Of a stretch of 64,000 nt of DNA, positions 51,986 through 64,000 are shown piece by piece. Source of the stretch: Eledone cirrhosa (Eukaryota); assembly GCA_964016885.1 (NCBI GenBank), contig OZ024740.1, forward strand, positions 284,828,001 through 284,892,000, read 5' to 3'. Made by a program: the position numbers and the translations under genes. Positions within the stretch are counted from its first letter, which is position 1. Every line of letters begins with the position of its first letter. Under the pieces are notes generated by a model, which saw only the letters and a program-made list of their open reading frames with translations, searched no databases and was not told the origin of the DNA.

Positions 51986-53726
51986 TTTTTTAATAACAAA
52001 TTACAAAGATGTCAAATATTGCGTTTCACTGAAAACTGAGTGTATAAAAGAAAATGTATTTAGGCGTTTGTGTATGTTAGTATCTATTTAATACTAGATA
52101 CATAATACAATAATATAGATATTATAATCAGTTAAGGTGAATGAACTGCATCTCATCCAGCTATCCGCCCTCCCCCTCTATATATATACATAGAGAGGGG
52201 GGAATGAATAGACGAGATGTAGTTAATTCACCTGAATTGATAATAAATATAGGTATTTATTCCTCGAAACCAAATATTTATAATATATAGGGTAAAAAAA
52301 AAAAAAATAACAATGACAGTTTGATACATTTTAAAATATTTTTTTCTTTTGCTACACTTCTACCAAAAACATTTTTTTAAATGTCAATTTTTTTTCATTT
52401 CTTCCCCTCACCCGCCCTGATTTTATTCTTTTCTTAATTTTTTGGCGTTCTTTCATTTTAAGTAGACATCCCGTAACACTAAATTTTGGCAATCTCTGAC
52501 TTAATTTCATTTTGTATTCATTTAAATCAATTACAATTATATTCTTTCGTCATTATTAATTTAATTTTAAACATTTTCTCTTGCGGCAATCCTTCGTTTG
52601 AAGATTACAGACAATTTCTGATCATCGTACTAATAAATCATTCTGAATTTACTTATACAAACATATTTGCAACGTAAATGTATACAACTGTAATAAAAGA
52701 TTTAAAATTAAAAAAATAATAAAGTGATGTCTCATGCATGTTGTGATATCTCCTTTTCTTTTACTAATAAATCATTCGGAATTTACATATACAGAACAAT
52801 CAGGTACCGTTTATTTTCATTTTATTGCCCTATTGCCTTCATTTTCATTCTATTCATTTCAAAGCCCGACTATGTACAGAGCCTGTCAATAATGTCTACT
52901 TAAAACGAAATGGCGCCTCATGAACAAAATATTGATTTATAACAGAGACAGAATGCCACAAGTTTGAGAAGAGTCAGTACTTTTGTTGACTCCAGAAGGA
53001 TGAATGCAAAGTTGACCTCGGCAACATTTAAACTCAGAACACAATGGGTTGTAAATAAATACTCAAAGGCATTTTGATCGACACAATTCTATGAGAATGA
53101 TGGATTGGTTACAATCTATACTCACAATATTGAGTCAATGTGGGACACAGGAAGAGCTGTTTGAGACATACATACATATTTGTTTTTACATATCCTATAT
53201 TACATTGTTTTGGGAAGTTTCCCTATTTGGATATCTAACTTTTATTAATTATGATTTTATTACCCCAAAATTGTTTGTTATATATATGCCAAAGTTAATA
53301 TCTCGATTTTTGAGGCAATTGGATAATCTAAAGTCGATGTGAAGAGACCCGATGGACTTATCCTTTACCCTTGGGGTAGAAGTTGATACCTCATATAGGA
53401 CGCCACTTTTAATGACGATAAAACGAAAAAAAAAAAAAAAAAGAAAGAAAAAAATTTCGCCGAACGGTTTTTAATCTGATGGCAACGCACAGAACCTATT
53501 TCGAAAATCGGTACGTACCTAGGTGCGAGCCAAGTATCTGACGAATAGAAACAGCATCGACAAAGAACTATTAGAAGCAAGTAGGCATTCAGATTGAAAT
53601 GTTCCATTAAATGTTTGTTTTGTTTTGTTTTTCTGTGTTTAAATATATAGCTAAAGTGAAATGCTGGATAATTGTTAGAAAGGTTTTGGCCATATCGATT
53701 GAATCTGAAGATTTCAAACGTCAAGT

Positions 53727-53758
<32 letters not shown>

Positions 53759-55133
53759 GTGCATGTATGCATGTCTTGACCATAAGTCTGCTGGATCCGA
53801 TCAGCCCTGATTCAGTAAGAAAATGATAAAAATCCTGTTTTATTCAGATATAATTGTTTCTACTTTTGGCACAAGGCCAGCAATTACCTAGTGCATTACT
53901 GGTACTTTATTTTATCGACCCCGTAAGGATGAAAGGCAAAGTTAACCTTGTTAATGTAATACAGAACTATGTTATCCAATGTGTGTTTCCTCATTTAACG
54001 TAGCCGGATGTAATTTGAAGATTCGGCTGGTATTTTTAACAGGTCGAATGGCCTGTTTTTCTTTTGATGAGGCGCAGAGACATTTAATGTTGAGCTTGAA
54101 ATATAGTAGAATGCATGACTTGCACATATATTACTGGTTTGTGTTCTATCGAATGTAGGAGACATGAAAGCCAACGTTGATCCTGACAAGGTTTCTATAA
54201 TATATGTGTATGCATGCACTCAGGGCCGGCGCTACCATTAGGTTAATTAAGCAAAGCTTATGACGCAGACCTCAAGAGATGCATTACTGAACATTAAAGC
54301 ATCTTTGCCGCGTCGTAGCGTTGTGAAAATATATCCAAAGCCGTGGAGAGGGTCATATGCTGTGATGATTTTGCGTGGGTGTATGCGAACGGTGTAGTAA
54401 AAAATACAGGTTTGGTATTTTTCTTAGCGTGGTCAGTGCAAGAATTTCGAAAACTAGGTTCGTTAGCTTACCAAACTATTTTCCTTGGGAGAACCGGGTG
54501 CACATTGTAGAGCTTGGCGAAAGCGCTAAATAACTAGGCAGCGATTCTCCGCGTATGTGTATACTTAAATTAACTTGCAAAATATTTTATAAATACGAAG
54601 TAGTGCCTTTTGTGACATATAAGCAGAAACAGACTGCCATATGTGTATTTTGGCCATGTTCGCTGAGTCCAAGGCTGGGTTAAAAAAAAAATAAAATAAA
54701 AAACGACCACACCTTTTCCTCTGATTTATGACATTTATAATTCTTTCCAATACTGTTTGCTTTTTCAGTACACTTTATTGAACAATGTATTTCTAACTGA
54801 AAAATGTCACGGAAAACTGAAGTCATATCTGCTGCTGACGGATATCCGGATCGGTTTTAAGACGGACTCAGCTTCCGTGTAATTTACAAATCAATACACT
54901 TTTAAAACCGGGATTTTTCGCCGTTATTACTCCGAGTTTTGCGTGACCGTTTTTCAACACGACGGAAATCTTTATTCAAATTACAGACTTATTTTGAACA
55001 AATATCTATCAACTATTCAAACTTGCGATTTAAATAAACATTTCAATCATTTCGAAAATCAGTGACACGAAACTTGGAGTAGCAACGTTAAAAAATCGGG
55101 CCTTTACGTTCTGATTTCAAATCCCAATAAGTA

Positions 55134-56000
55134 TTTTTTTTTATAAAATAATATATCTATACATAAATAACATTACAATTTGCTCACAATTCATTCAGAA
55201 TAACATTACAAATATAATGTCGTTGATAAACACAAATATAAACGCATATAACAAATACAATTAACCATTGCTAGGAACCTCACAAAAGCAACGCCCAAAA
55301 ATATATGACCAGAGCTATAGAAAAAAGGGAGTGGGGGGTAACAACAACAATGATTAATTCACTACCAAGTGTAACAGTCGGCAACACATCACAAGGGTCA
55401 ACGGAATATTTTGAGACAAGCCAACACGATCGCAGCATTACCACGGGTGATGGCAAGGTTAAGGCGCTGAAACAACCAGGCACCCTCACGAGCACCACCC
55501 GCCACCTCAGTAAGGCGAGCCGCCAGCCATGACAAGAACTTCACTGTTAGCGGCCCAACTCTACCGAACGTCTCGAACGCCACAGGCTGGAAAACAATTA
55601 CTGGATAAAACCAGGTATTTCTGAATTTTATTCCGTTCGGCAACGGAAGCAGTGACCCCCACATTCACTGCGGCGTTCATGATGTGGGAGGGAGCAAAAG
55701 GGTCACTGACTGTGACGTCCCAGATGAGATACCGACCTCTTACCCAGGAACAAAAGGTAAAGCTGTTTGGTCTCTTGCCATCACTTATGGATAATCCAAC
55801 CGGCTCCAGAACTGAGGGGATATTTACCCGAGCTATGGCTCGTTTAATGACCAGGTTTAGCTAGGTGTGGCGGGCGAAACGACCATGCAGGCCTGTAAAT
55901 CGAGGGCCCTATCACAATTACATCTTAGATCCCAACAGACATCAGCTCCCATTCAAAGTGCAATGGAGATGCAGAGCTCGTCCTGACTGAGAAGACCACC
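55134..56000 (-). mobile_element. CRE-clade (RLE-encoding) non-LTR retrotransposon, 3' fragment
   Basis: Minus strand: ISIAL*MGADVC..RCNCD...[38 protein letters not shown]...LIWDVTVSDPFAPSH and FQPVAFETFGRVG...FQRLNLAITRGNAAIVL, i.e. a zinc knuckle plus restriction-like endonuclease. Confidence 0.85.
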
Positions 56001-56966
56001 AATGTTGGCCATTAACTTTGCTTTTCTTCCTTCCATGGTTGATAAAATAAAGTACCAGCCAATTACTGGGATAGATATAATCGACTATACCCTTTTATAC
56101 TATGCTTATGTAGGAAATTGCTATTATTCACTATATACATTGAAAACTTTTCCTTGTTTATATATATATATATGCACACACACGGGCACGTGCATATGTA
56201 TGTGTATCTGTGTGTGTGTGCGTACACATATATATATATACAGAGAGAAAAAGATTAATGGTTGAGGAGCTTTATTACTCTTGATTTTCCCCTGCGTGTT
56301 ACAGATTTCAGACATGTATGTATGCTATGTGTGTTTTATCACAAAACAACTCTGCGACTAAAGAGAACATAAAGTACTCAATACAAAATGTCGTGTTATA
56401 TTTATTAGTAACTGAGAACTTCACAAATAAATTAATGAATACATAGATGGCAGGTAATATGTAATATTCGAGCAATGGGGGTCAAGGTTGAACACAAATG
56501 AATAAAATGCATACATTGTTGTGCTTTTAAATAAATACTTCACGAACACAGACGTGCATTATGTAGCTCTGTTAACTTTTGTCTGATGTATGCATAATCA
56601 CATATTTTAATATAACGTAAATGTATTTATGTTTGATTAATACATTTATTTTTTTAATTCAACTATATTACATAGCAATGATTGAATTCTACGTAATTAC
56701 GTAATGTGCATAAATCCTGCATATATAATATGGTGCGCATACATATGTATATCTATATATATATAGAGAGCGAGAGAGACCACTAATCATGGGAGTACTC
56801 AATGCATGGGGAGATGCAGAGTGGGTGTTTATAAATATATATATATGTGTGTTAAGTATTTCCGTGGTAAAGGAAAGAAGAGTGCTCTATGTAACGTAGA
56901 GAACTATTTAATTACATAATAAACAACACTATAATTATTCCATTACCAAAGGTTTCAGTAGTTAAC

Positions 56967-57040
56967 TATTTCATCTGATGAACGAGCTGGACGTTTCTGT
57001 AAGGATCGTCTAGTCTCCTGAAACCTCTGGTAATGGAATA
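56967..57040 (+). ncRNA. Type I hammerhead ribozyme
   Basis: TATTTCAT-CTGATGA-[GAGCTGGACG/CGTCTAGTCTC stem II]-GAAA-CC(TCT)GG-TA-ATGGAATA; predicted cleavage after A57032. Confidence 0.85.
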
Positions 57041-57071
57041 ATTATATTGTGTGTATATATATATATATATA

Positions 57072-57225
57072 TCTAGGGCGGGTAAAATTCCCGAGATCCA
57101 TGGACGAGTTCTCTCCAGCGGTCTCTGTCCCTCATTATCGCTGCCATGTCCTGCGTCTCCAACAGACCAGTGTCTGTCCTTAGGGCATCAACATACGTTA
57201 ACCTTGGTCTTCCTCTTCCAGTTGA
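57072..57225 (-). mobile_element. 3' end of a third RTE-type LINE family
   Basis: Minus strand GRGRPRLTYVDALRTDTGLLETQDMAAIMRDRDRWRELVHGSREFYPP*, running directly into (TA)n. Confidence 0.8.
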
Positions 57226-57617
57226 AAAGGGAGTAAGGTTCTATATAAAACAGGTTATAGAAAAAAGTAAGAATAGAAACAGCACAGAAATATATTTAAA
57301 GAATCTGTTTTTCAGATATTTCTTTGATTCGTCAAAGTGCCATTATTGAAAAAAGGAGAAGAACAATTAAAAAAAAAAGGAGTTTTATAAAGTATATAAA
57401 ATATACTTTATTAAGGCTAAATAGTTTTCGCCTGCTTATTACAGGGTCAGACGAGAACTGTTCTCGTTTGATGACTCTGTGATGTGATAAGCAGGCGAAA
57501 CTCCAGAGTAACACATCTCACTGTTTAGCCTTAATAAAATGAATATGTAAACTCTACTTTGGTATTGAGTACTCTCTTCTCTCTACCGTCAACCACACAA
57601 ATATATATACACACACA

Positions 57618-58103
57618 TTTAAACTATAATAAAGTAAGGAGTGCGGGACTGCGTCCAGAATATATTTGTTTATCCCGTTTGTAAAATAAGTTGGATTACT
57701 TTGAATAAATAATAAATGAATATTACATAATTTATCTACTAAATTTCTTTATTCTTGATTAAATATAAATAATTGCGTTACTTATTTTAAGATTCACTTC
57801 TATAAAATTTTCAAATGTCAACACTTCCGGTTAGCGATCGCTTAAATAAACATTCATATATTTCCGTCACTAATTTTCTCCTAATGCAGTTTTTATATAT
57901 CGCCTTTTTTTTTATGTATCATGGATTACGTTACTGATTACAGAAGACAGTATAACACAGTCTTCGTTCAATTTCTGTGTATATTGTCAATTACGATTTT
58001 ATTTGATATATCATATCTACATGCATATCTACTTGCGTATAATATCAATATACACACTACACATGCTCGCAGAAAACCACCCGAAGGGTGGTTTTTCTGC
58101 TAG
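57618..58103 (+). mobile_element. Probable non-autonomous Helitron
   Basis: 3' hairpin CCACCC-GAA-GGGTGG lies 8 nt before CTAG|T. The 5' end A|TTTAAACTATAATAAAG resembles the TCTATACTAATAAA-type terminus. No TSD. Confidence 0.6.
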
Positions 58104-58619
58104 TATATATAAAATGTAGCTTTCCATCTATGAATACATCTCCTTTCCCATTCGGGGTTGCTTTTATGAGATCATTGGTTATAATTAATACCTCTGAAGA
58201 TATACTGCAGTCACTGATACTTAGCTATATTCAATATATATTTTTTCCATTTATTTAAATGTGTATTCTATTGTTCTGGCAATAGTAGAATTTGACTGTT
58301 GTATTGAAACAGTTGTAAGGTCATGGGTTTTTTTTTAATCTACCATTTGAATTGGTTTATATATGTGTGCGTGTGTGTGTCATCATCATCATCATCGTTT
58401 AACGTCCATCTTCCACGCTAGCATGGGTTAGACGGTTTTGTTCCATTTGATGCGGGAATGGTCGGGAAATGTCTTGCTTGCACGGAAGCGTCTCTGGCAG
58501 GTTTTTTTTACAGCTGGATGCCCTTCCTAACACCAACCACATTTACAATGTGAACTGGGAGCCTTTTCACCGTGTCTCCTACACGGCCACCTTACAATGT
58601 GGACTGTTGTATGTGTGTG

Positions 58620-58714
<95 letters not shown>

Positions 58715-58936
58715 TCATCATCATTTTACGTTTGCTTTTCCCTGCTTGCATTAATATAGGCATTTTATATATAGTTATATTTAAAAGCAGTCAATCATTG
58801 GCCGAAGAAGCACTTAATAACATATGATTTATTTTTCAAAGGAAAAGGTGGCCGTGGTTTCGAAGTTTCAGTTTTAATAAGGTTCATTACAGCTGAAGCT
58901 TGGAAGTCATTGCCACTTTTCGTTTGAAAAATAATA

Positions 58937-58988
<52 letters not shown>

Positions 58989-58989
58989 T

Positions 58990-59072
<83 letters not shown>

Positions 59073-59073
59073 T

Positions 59074-59105
<32 letters not shown>

Positions 59106-59271
59106 ATATATATAATATATATATATATATAATATATATAATATATAATATATATAAAATATATATATATATAAAGTATTTCCGTAGGAAGGGTAAAGGA
59201 AAGGAGAGTGCTCTATGTAAGCTACAGAGCTATTTAGTTATGTAATAAACAACATAAGACAATTAAATAAA

Positions 59272-59346
59272 ATTTCATTCTGATGAGCGTTTTCAGACGT
59301 CTATGTCGAGCTCGTCTGTCTTCGTGAAACCTTTGGTAAATGGAAT
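59272..59346 (+). ncRNA. Type I hammerhead ribozyme (same family as 56967-57040)
   Basis: ATTTCATT-CTGATGA-GCG..CAGACG/CGTCTG..CGT-GAAA-CC(TTT)GG-TA-AATGGAAT; predicted cleavage after A59338. Confidence 0.85.
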
Positions 59347-59366
59347 AATTGTCTTACGTTGTTTAT

Positions 59367-59404
<38 letters not shown>

Positions 59405-59440
59405 TTATATAGAGTTAGAAATTCACAGTAAATCCCCTAG

Positions 59441-59641
59441 GATCAAGGGAGTTCAAGAAAGAGAGACCGAGCTCTTTATAAATCATATCAATGAGAGAAG
59501 GCTCAATAAATTGTCAGATAATAGGGGATAAAGTAGTTTTTGTGTTTTACCAGGGTAGAACTTTATCCCCTATTATCTAACAATTTATTATGTGCCTTCT
59601 GTCATTGCTATGATATATATAGTCCTGAGTTACCCTTGATT
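59441..59641. repeat. Long imperfect inverted repeat
   Basis: AATAAATTGTCAGATAATAGGGGATAAAGT pairs with ACTTTATCCCCTATTATCTAACAATTTATT; arms extend outward to ATCAAGGG / CCCTTGAT. Confidence 0.85.
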
Positions 59642-61589
59642 GAGCGGGCTTAATGATCAAAGGTGTTCCAGTCATAACCATCCCATCGTTTTGTATATGA
59701 AGGATTACATTGTCCAAAATATCCTATGTGCTTTAAAAGATTGTGATTTGTTTTTGTTTTTTTTTGTGGTGGTCGCATGACCGTGTAAGGATCCATCGTT
59801 GATTCCTGCCGTTGTAAACAGCATGTATATTAATGTTTTAATATATGTGCATGTCGTCTGTTTCTATGCATTAGTTTATAATTGTGTTCGATATATATAG
59901 CTCTCTATAATCGAGTCTTTCTTTATGTGCAATATTTGCAATATACTATTTGCACTCATCATCATGAACAGTTCAGTTTAAGCCGTTTAATTACGCTATT
60001 TAGAACAGGATTTTAAGCCATACGAAGAAATGGTAGTTTTCAAGAGTTGGCAACTGAATTTTAAAAAATGTCTTCCACTACACACTATAGAGTAACAAAA
60101 GTGAAAATTTCTTGAATTTTATTTTTTCAAATTCAATAAATTAAAATTGAATTCATTGAACACTGTTCTCTCAGCTGTATGTACACACACACACAATATA
60201 CCCTATTGTGTCGTAGGGCACTTTATATCTATTTGGTGGAGCTCATCCCTCTCCATGTCTGAACATAGCCGATTTCTTCCAGAGGAGAGAGATGGTGATA
60301 GAGAAATAAATGAAAATGAGATATAAAGAAAGAACGGATCTTAGTACTGGACTGGTACTTTTTTTTATTATTATCGATATCGAAAGGATGAAAGACAAAG
60401 TTAACCTCGGCAGGATTTGAACTCAGAGGGCAGAGAAAGAGAACGAATACCATCAAGTATTCACTCGCACGTCCTAACAATTGTGCCAGTTCGCCGCTTT
60501 TAGCCAGACAGGCAGATAAATAAATAGTTAGATAGCATTTATATTATATATAAATCACATTAATTAAACAAAACAACAAAAGACATAGCTTTAAACTGCA
60601 ACTAATTGTAACTAAAATGTTATAAGGGCGATATGGATTTATAAGTAGATTTCAACGATTGATTGAGACTGACGTTTGGTAAGCTTCATGATCAACTGGA
60701 AATCACAAATATATGGATAAATAACAAAAACTGAATAAATAATATTGATTTTTATAACAGGAAAAAGGACACACAAAATAATCACAATGCTTGATGCATA
60801 AAGAATAGTAGGATATATTGACCCCAGTAATCGACAGGTCTTTACATTATCTATATCGGAAGGGTGAAAGACTTCGGTGGGGTCAGAACGGGAAAATGGA
60901 ACGAAATACCACAAAGCATTTTCTCTGGCGCTCTTCCGATCTTTCCACCTATTATTGAATAATATTGAAACCATTAAGGAAGCATTAATTTAATGGTATT
61001 TGTTATAAAATTAAACTATTTTATGGAAGGTTTTACTTGGTTTGGCTGCTGAAATTTGAGATAAGCAATGAAATTAACTTTGAATAAAATTTGATATCCG
61101 TTAAATGATCGATTAACTAAGTCGTCAGTCAAAAAGCGACTGATATTAATAATAAAAAAATCCCCAAAAAGTGAAGTGAGAGCACCTGCGATTAGTAACT
61201 TTTATTTGAGTACTTTTTCAAAATATAGTCACAAAGTGGTTAGATTTTCTAAATATGTTTCATGAATATTCTTATGATCAGTACCAAATAAGATAACTCC
61301 AATCGGTATTGTCTAATTATCTGATAGAATAAATAATAAGGTAACGAAATTGAGAAAACAAAAATGTCAATTTGAAATAAAATTAAAGAATTGACTCACC
61401 AACTCCACCGCGGTACTTTCCATTCTTATATCCCCTTATGGCATCAAGGAAACACCTAGGCATCGTAGTCTATATGAGCAAAAGTAATTCAATGAAAATG
61501 TATACTGAATGTTAACATTTAAAAATAATCAAGCAACTATTAGTAGATTGTTTGAACGCAACCACAAGTGAGTGTCCGCGTCCATGGTT

Positions 61590-61620
61590 CAAATTGGCGC
61601 CCGTGCTCTCTGACGTAAGA
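61590..61620. promoter_or_regulatory. Promoter-like motif cluster (CCAAT, E2F-like, CRE/ATF-like)
   Basis: ATTGG (61593-61597) overlaps TTGGCGC, with TGACGTAA at 61611-61618, in unique CpG-rich sequence. Confidence 0.35.
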
Positions 61621-64000
61621 CGCACTTGCTTGTCGATACGATGAAGATAATATCTATTTGAATTCGATTGTATTTCTGAAAAACACAAGGCAAAATGAAG
61701 GAAGAACAAAAAAATAAGTTCACAGAAGTGCTTTTCAAGAAGTTTCTCACACAAAACTCAACACAGCAGCAACCATGATCATTGTTATTGTTGTTTCATC
61801 ATTATCGTCCCCTAATCATTGGAGATGGGGGCGGGTAATTGAGAGCCAATACAAATGCACTATTGAATTTAGTTTAGTGTTTCAAAGTTCAAATCCTACC
61901 AATTCTGATCCAAACTCACTTTTCAGAACCTTCAAAGTCGATAAAATATGTGTCAGTGAAACATAGCTAAGTTGATTGAATTGAACTCCTCGCAAATTGG
62001 GCTTAGTGCTTAGGTGATATCAACATCGTCGTCATCGTCATCAGCATTCCCACCACCACCACCACCATCTTTATCATCATCATTGTTATTGTCCTCCATG
62101 TCATCTTTGCCGAGTTGTATGATTACCAATATATTAAATAATCTTTGGGCGTCTCCTCACATTGATGCGATAACTTTCTGGTACATAGTGAATTGAATTA
62201 AGCGAATTTTGAGATGAAATTCCTTTCCACTTGTCATTTCCGAAAAATTATATCAAGATAATTTTCTCATTCGCGAATCAGAACTAGAAAATATTCAAGG
62301 ATTTATGATTCGAAGTTCAAAAACAGGCTTAGTGGCTTCATTCTTCTGCAATGTTACTAAGAGTCTTCACAAAATAATGAATAAAATAAAATAAAACTGA
62401 CGTTAGTATTCACTTTATCGAGTCCAATGTTGACTATGTCTATCGACGGCATGTAGGTACCCGACTGCGGACGGGACACCTTGTCACTCTTAGATCTTTG
62501 TTTATGAGTGGCGCTATCTTTCATTTATTCTGATAGTTGATTATGGAAGTAACTTTATTTTGCTGCCATTGTTAATCGACAACAACAACACACACCATGT
62601 ACAACAACTCTATCGGTGAACTTTTCCCTGACCTCTTTACATGTTGTTCCAGCGTTTCTCCGTAATAAATTAAATGATCGTATGATTTAAATTGTAGGCA
62701 TCGTAGAGAAAAATGTAAAATTCGCAGTTGTAACTAGGTTTATAATTTGTTTCTACTTTTGGCACAAGGCCAGCAATTATCCCAGTGCATTACTGGTACT
62801 TTATTTTATCAACACCATAAGGATGAAGGGCAAAGTTCACTTCGGCGGGATTTGAACTCAGACCGTAAAGGGCCGTAACTCTATGCTGAAAAGCATGGCG
62901 TCCGAGCCTCTACCGATACTGCCAATCCACCGCCCTAGCTTTATAAAATAAGGCCCTTAAAAATGATATTAATGTAGTAACTCTTGTTCCGACCTTTATA
63001 TCTAAAATAGACTACCTGTAGAACCCATCATACTACTATTATATCATTTATAATTAGTTTTGAGTGAGAGTAAGTCAGTCTGCCAATTTTTCATAAAGTC
63101 CATAGTTAAGGCACTGTTCTGTTAATGCCCCATATCTTTATGTCCCATGAGTAGGTATACTACACTTCTATAAGTATCAGAGAAACTAAGTTTGACTAGT
63201 GCAATGTTTCTCAAAAGGGGTAACCAAAAATTCTAGAGTTCTGCAAAAAATCTCTGGAGTTCTGTGTGATAAGATATCTTTTAATAATTTTTTTTAAATT
63301 ATAATTTTTCTTATAAGTATAAATTCTCGCTGAAATAATTTGTTTTGCTAATGTCTTATTAAAATTAGGATGGTAAACATGTTCTATAAAGTATAGGCTG
63401 GATTCTACAATTTTCAGAAAATAGCATTAGGATTTCATGAAAAAATAAGTTAGAAAGCCATATTTAATCAGTTTGTATCACTGAATCCAAAATTAGCAAC
63501 GCTTGCTATTTAGAGAGGGATGGGATCTGCTATACAAATTTTAAGTAATTTTCTGTAGTGACTATAGGATTCATACACAAATTAATTATTTTCCCGCTTT
63601 TATAAACATTTTTACATTAAAAACAGTTTCCAAATTGGAAAGCTTGTCAGTTGTGAAACTGAGGGCTCCGCTGCTCCTTTTTGAACTAAATAATTTGGTT
63701 TTAACTGTGGTAGAAAACATTAACTAGTAAAAATATATATCTAAATAATCTACCTGCTCATACAGAACTGTTTCTGGCTTGGTTTCAACAGTTAGATGCT
63801 CTTCCTAAAGCAAACCACATTACAGTATGGACTGGGTGCTCTATATCATGGCACCAAAATGACCCGCTAACAGCAGGGTGGACTTGATGTTTTTTTATCA
63901 TGTTACCAGCACAAACACCTTACAGGATGCACTGGGATCTTTTTACTGGATGGACTGAATGTTTTTTTTGTTTTTTTTTGTCATGTCACCAGCATGACCA

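Noticed and set aside
58069-58100. Hairpin plus T-run resembling a rho-independent terminator
   Set aside because: Eukaryotic DNA; a hairpin followed by CTAG|T fits a Helitron 3' end better.
61512-61754. 80-aa ORF with a hydrophobic start
   Set aside because: The hydrophobic stretch is a polypyrimidine-like tract and the start is not ATG; no homology recognised.

Overview
AT-rich, repeat-dense eukaryotic (animal) DNA. The SINE/LINE families, long (TA)n and (ATC)n tracts and large introns suggest an octopod cephalopod, though this is inference only. Two host genes are supported, both on the minus strand. (1) A secreted purple acid phosphatase with two coding exons (6774-5520 and 4355-4177), correct GT/AG junctions and all five metal-ligand motifs. 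(2) A Snail/Scratch-superfamily C2H2 zinc-finger gene (43234-42197) with no SNAG domain in its visible exon. The rest is mostly layered mobile DNA: at least three RTE-type LINE families, a young CR1-type LINE, a CRE-clade RLE retrotransposon, an old Jockey/I-like LINE, decayed Penelope-like elements, several tRNA-derived SINE families, an Hsmar2-like mariner, mariner/pogo/piggyBac MITEs and a probable non-autonomous Helitron. The best unannotated signals are type I hammerhead ribozymes from several unrelated families (three complete folds, two with compensatory changes, plus CpG-decayed fossils), a PHD-like finger inside an RTE reverse transcriptase, a LANA/IE1-like MVTRSGR motif where SNAG would be expected, and several templated-insertion scars. 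No CRISPR array, rRNA or true tRNA gene was found. Element boundaries were read by eye and are approximate unless junctions are stated.
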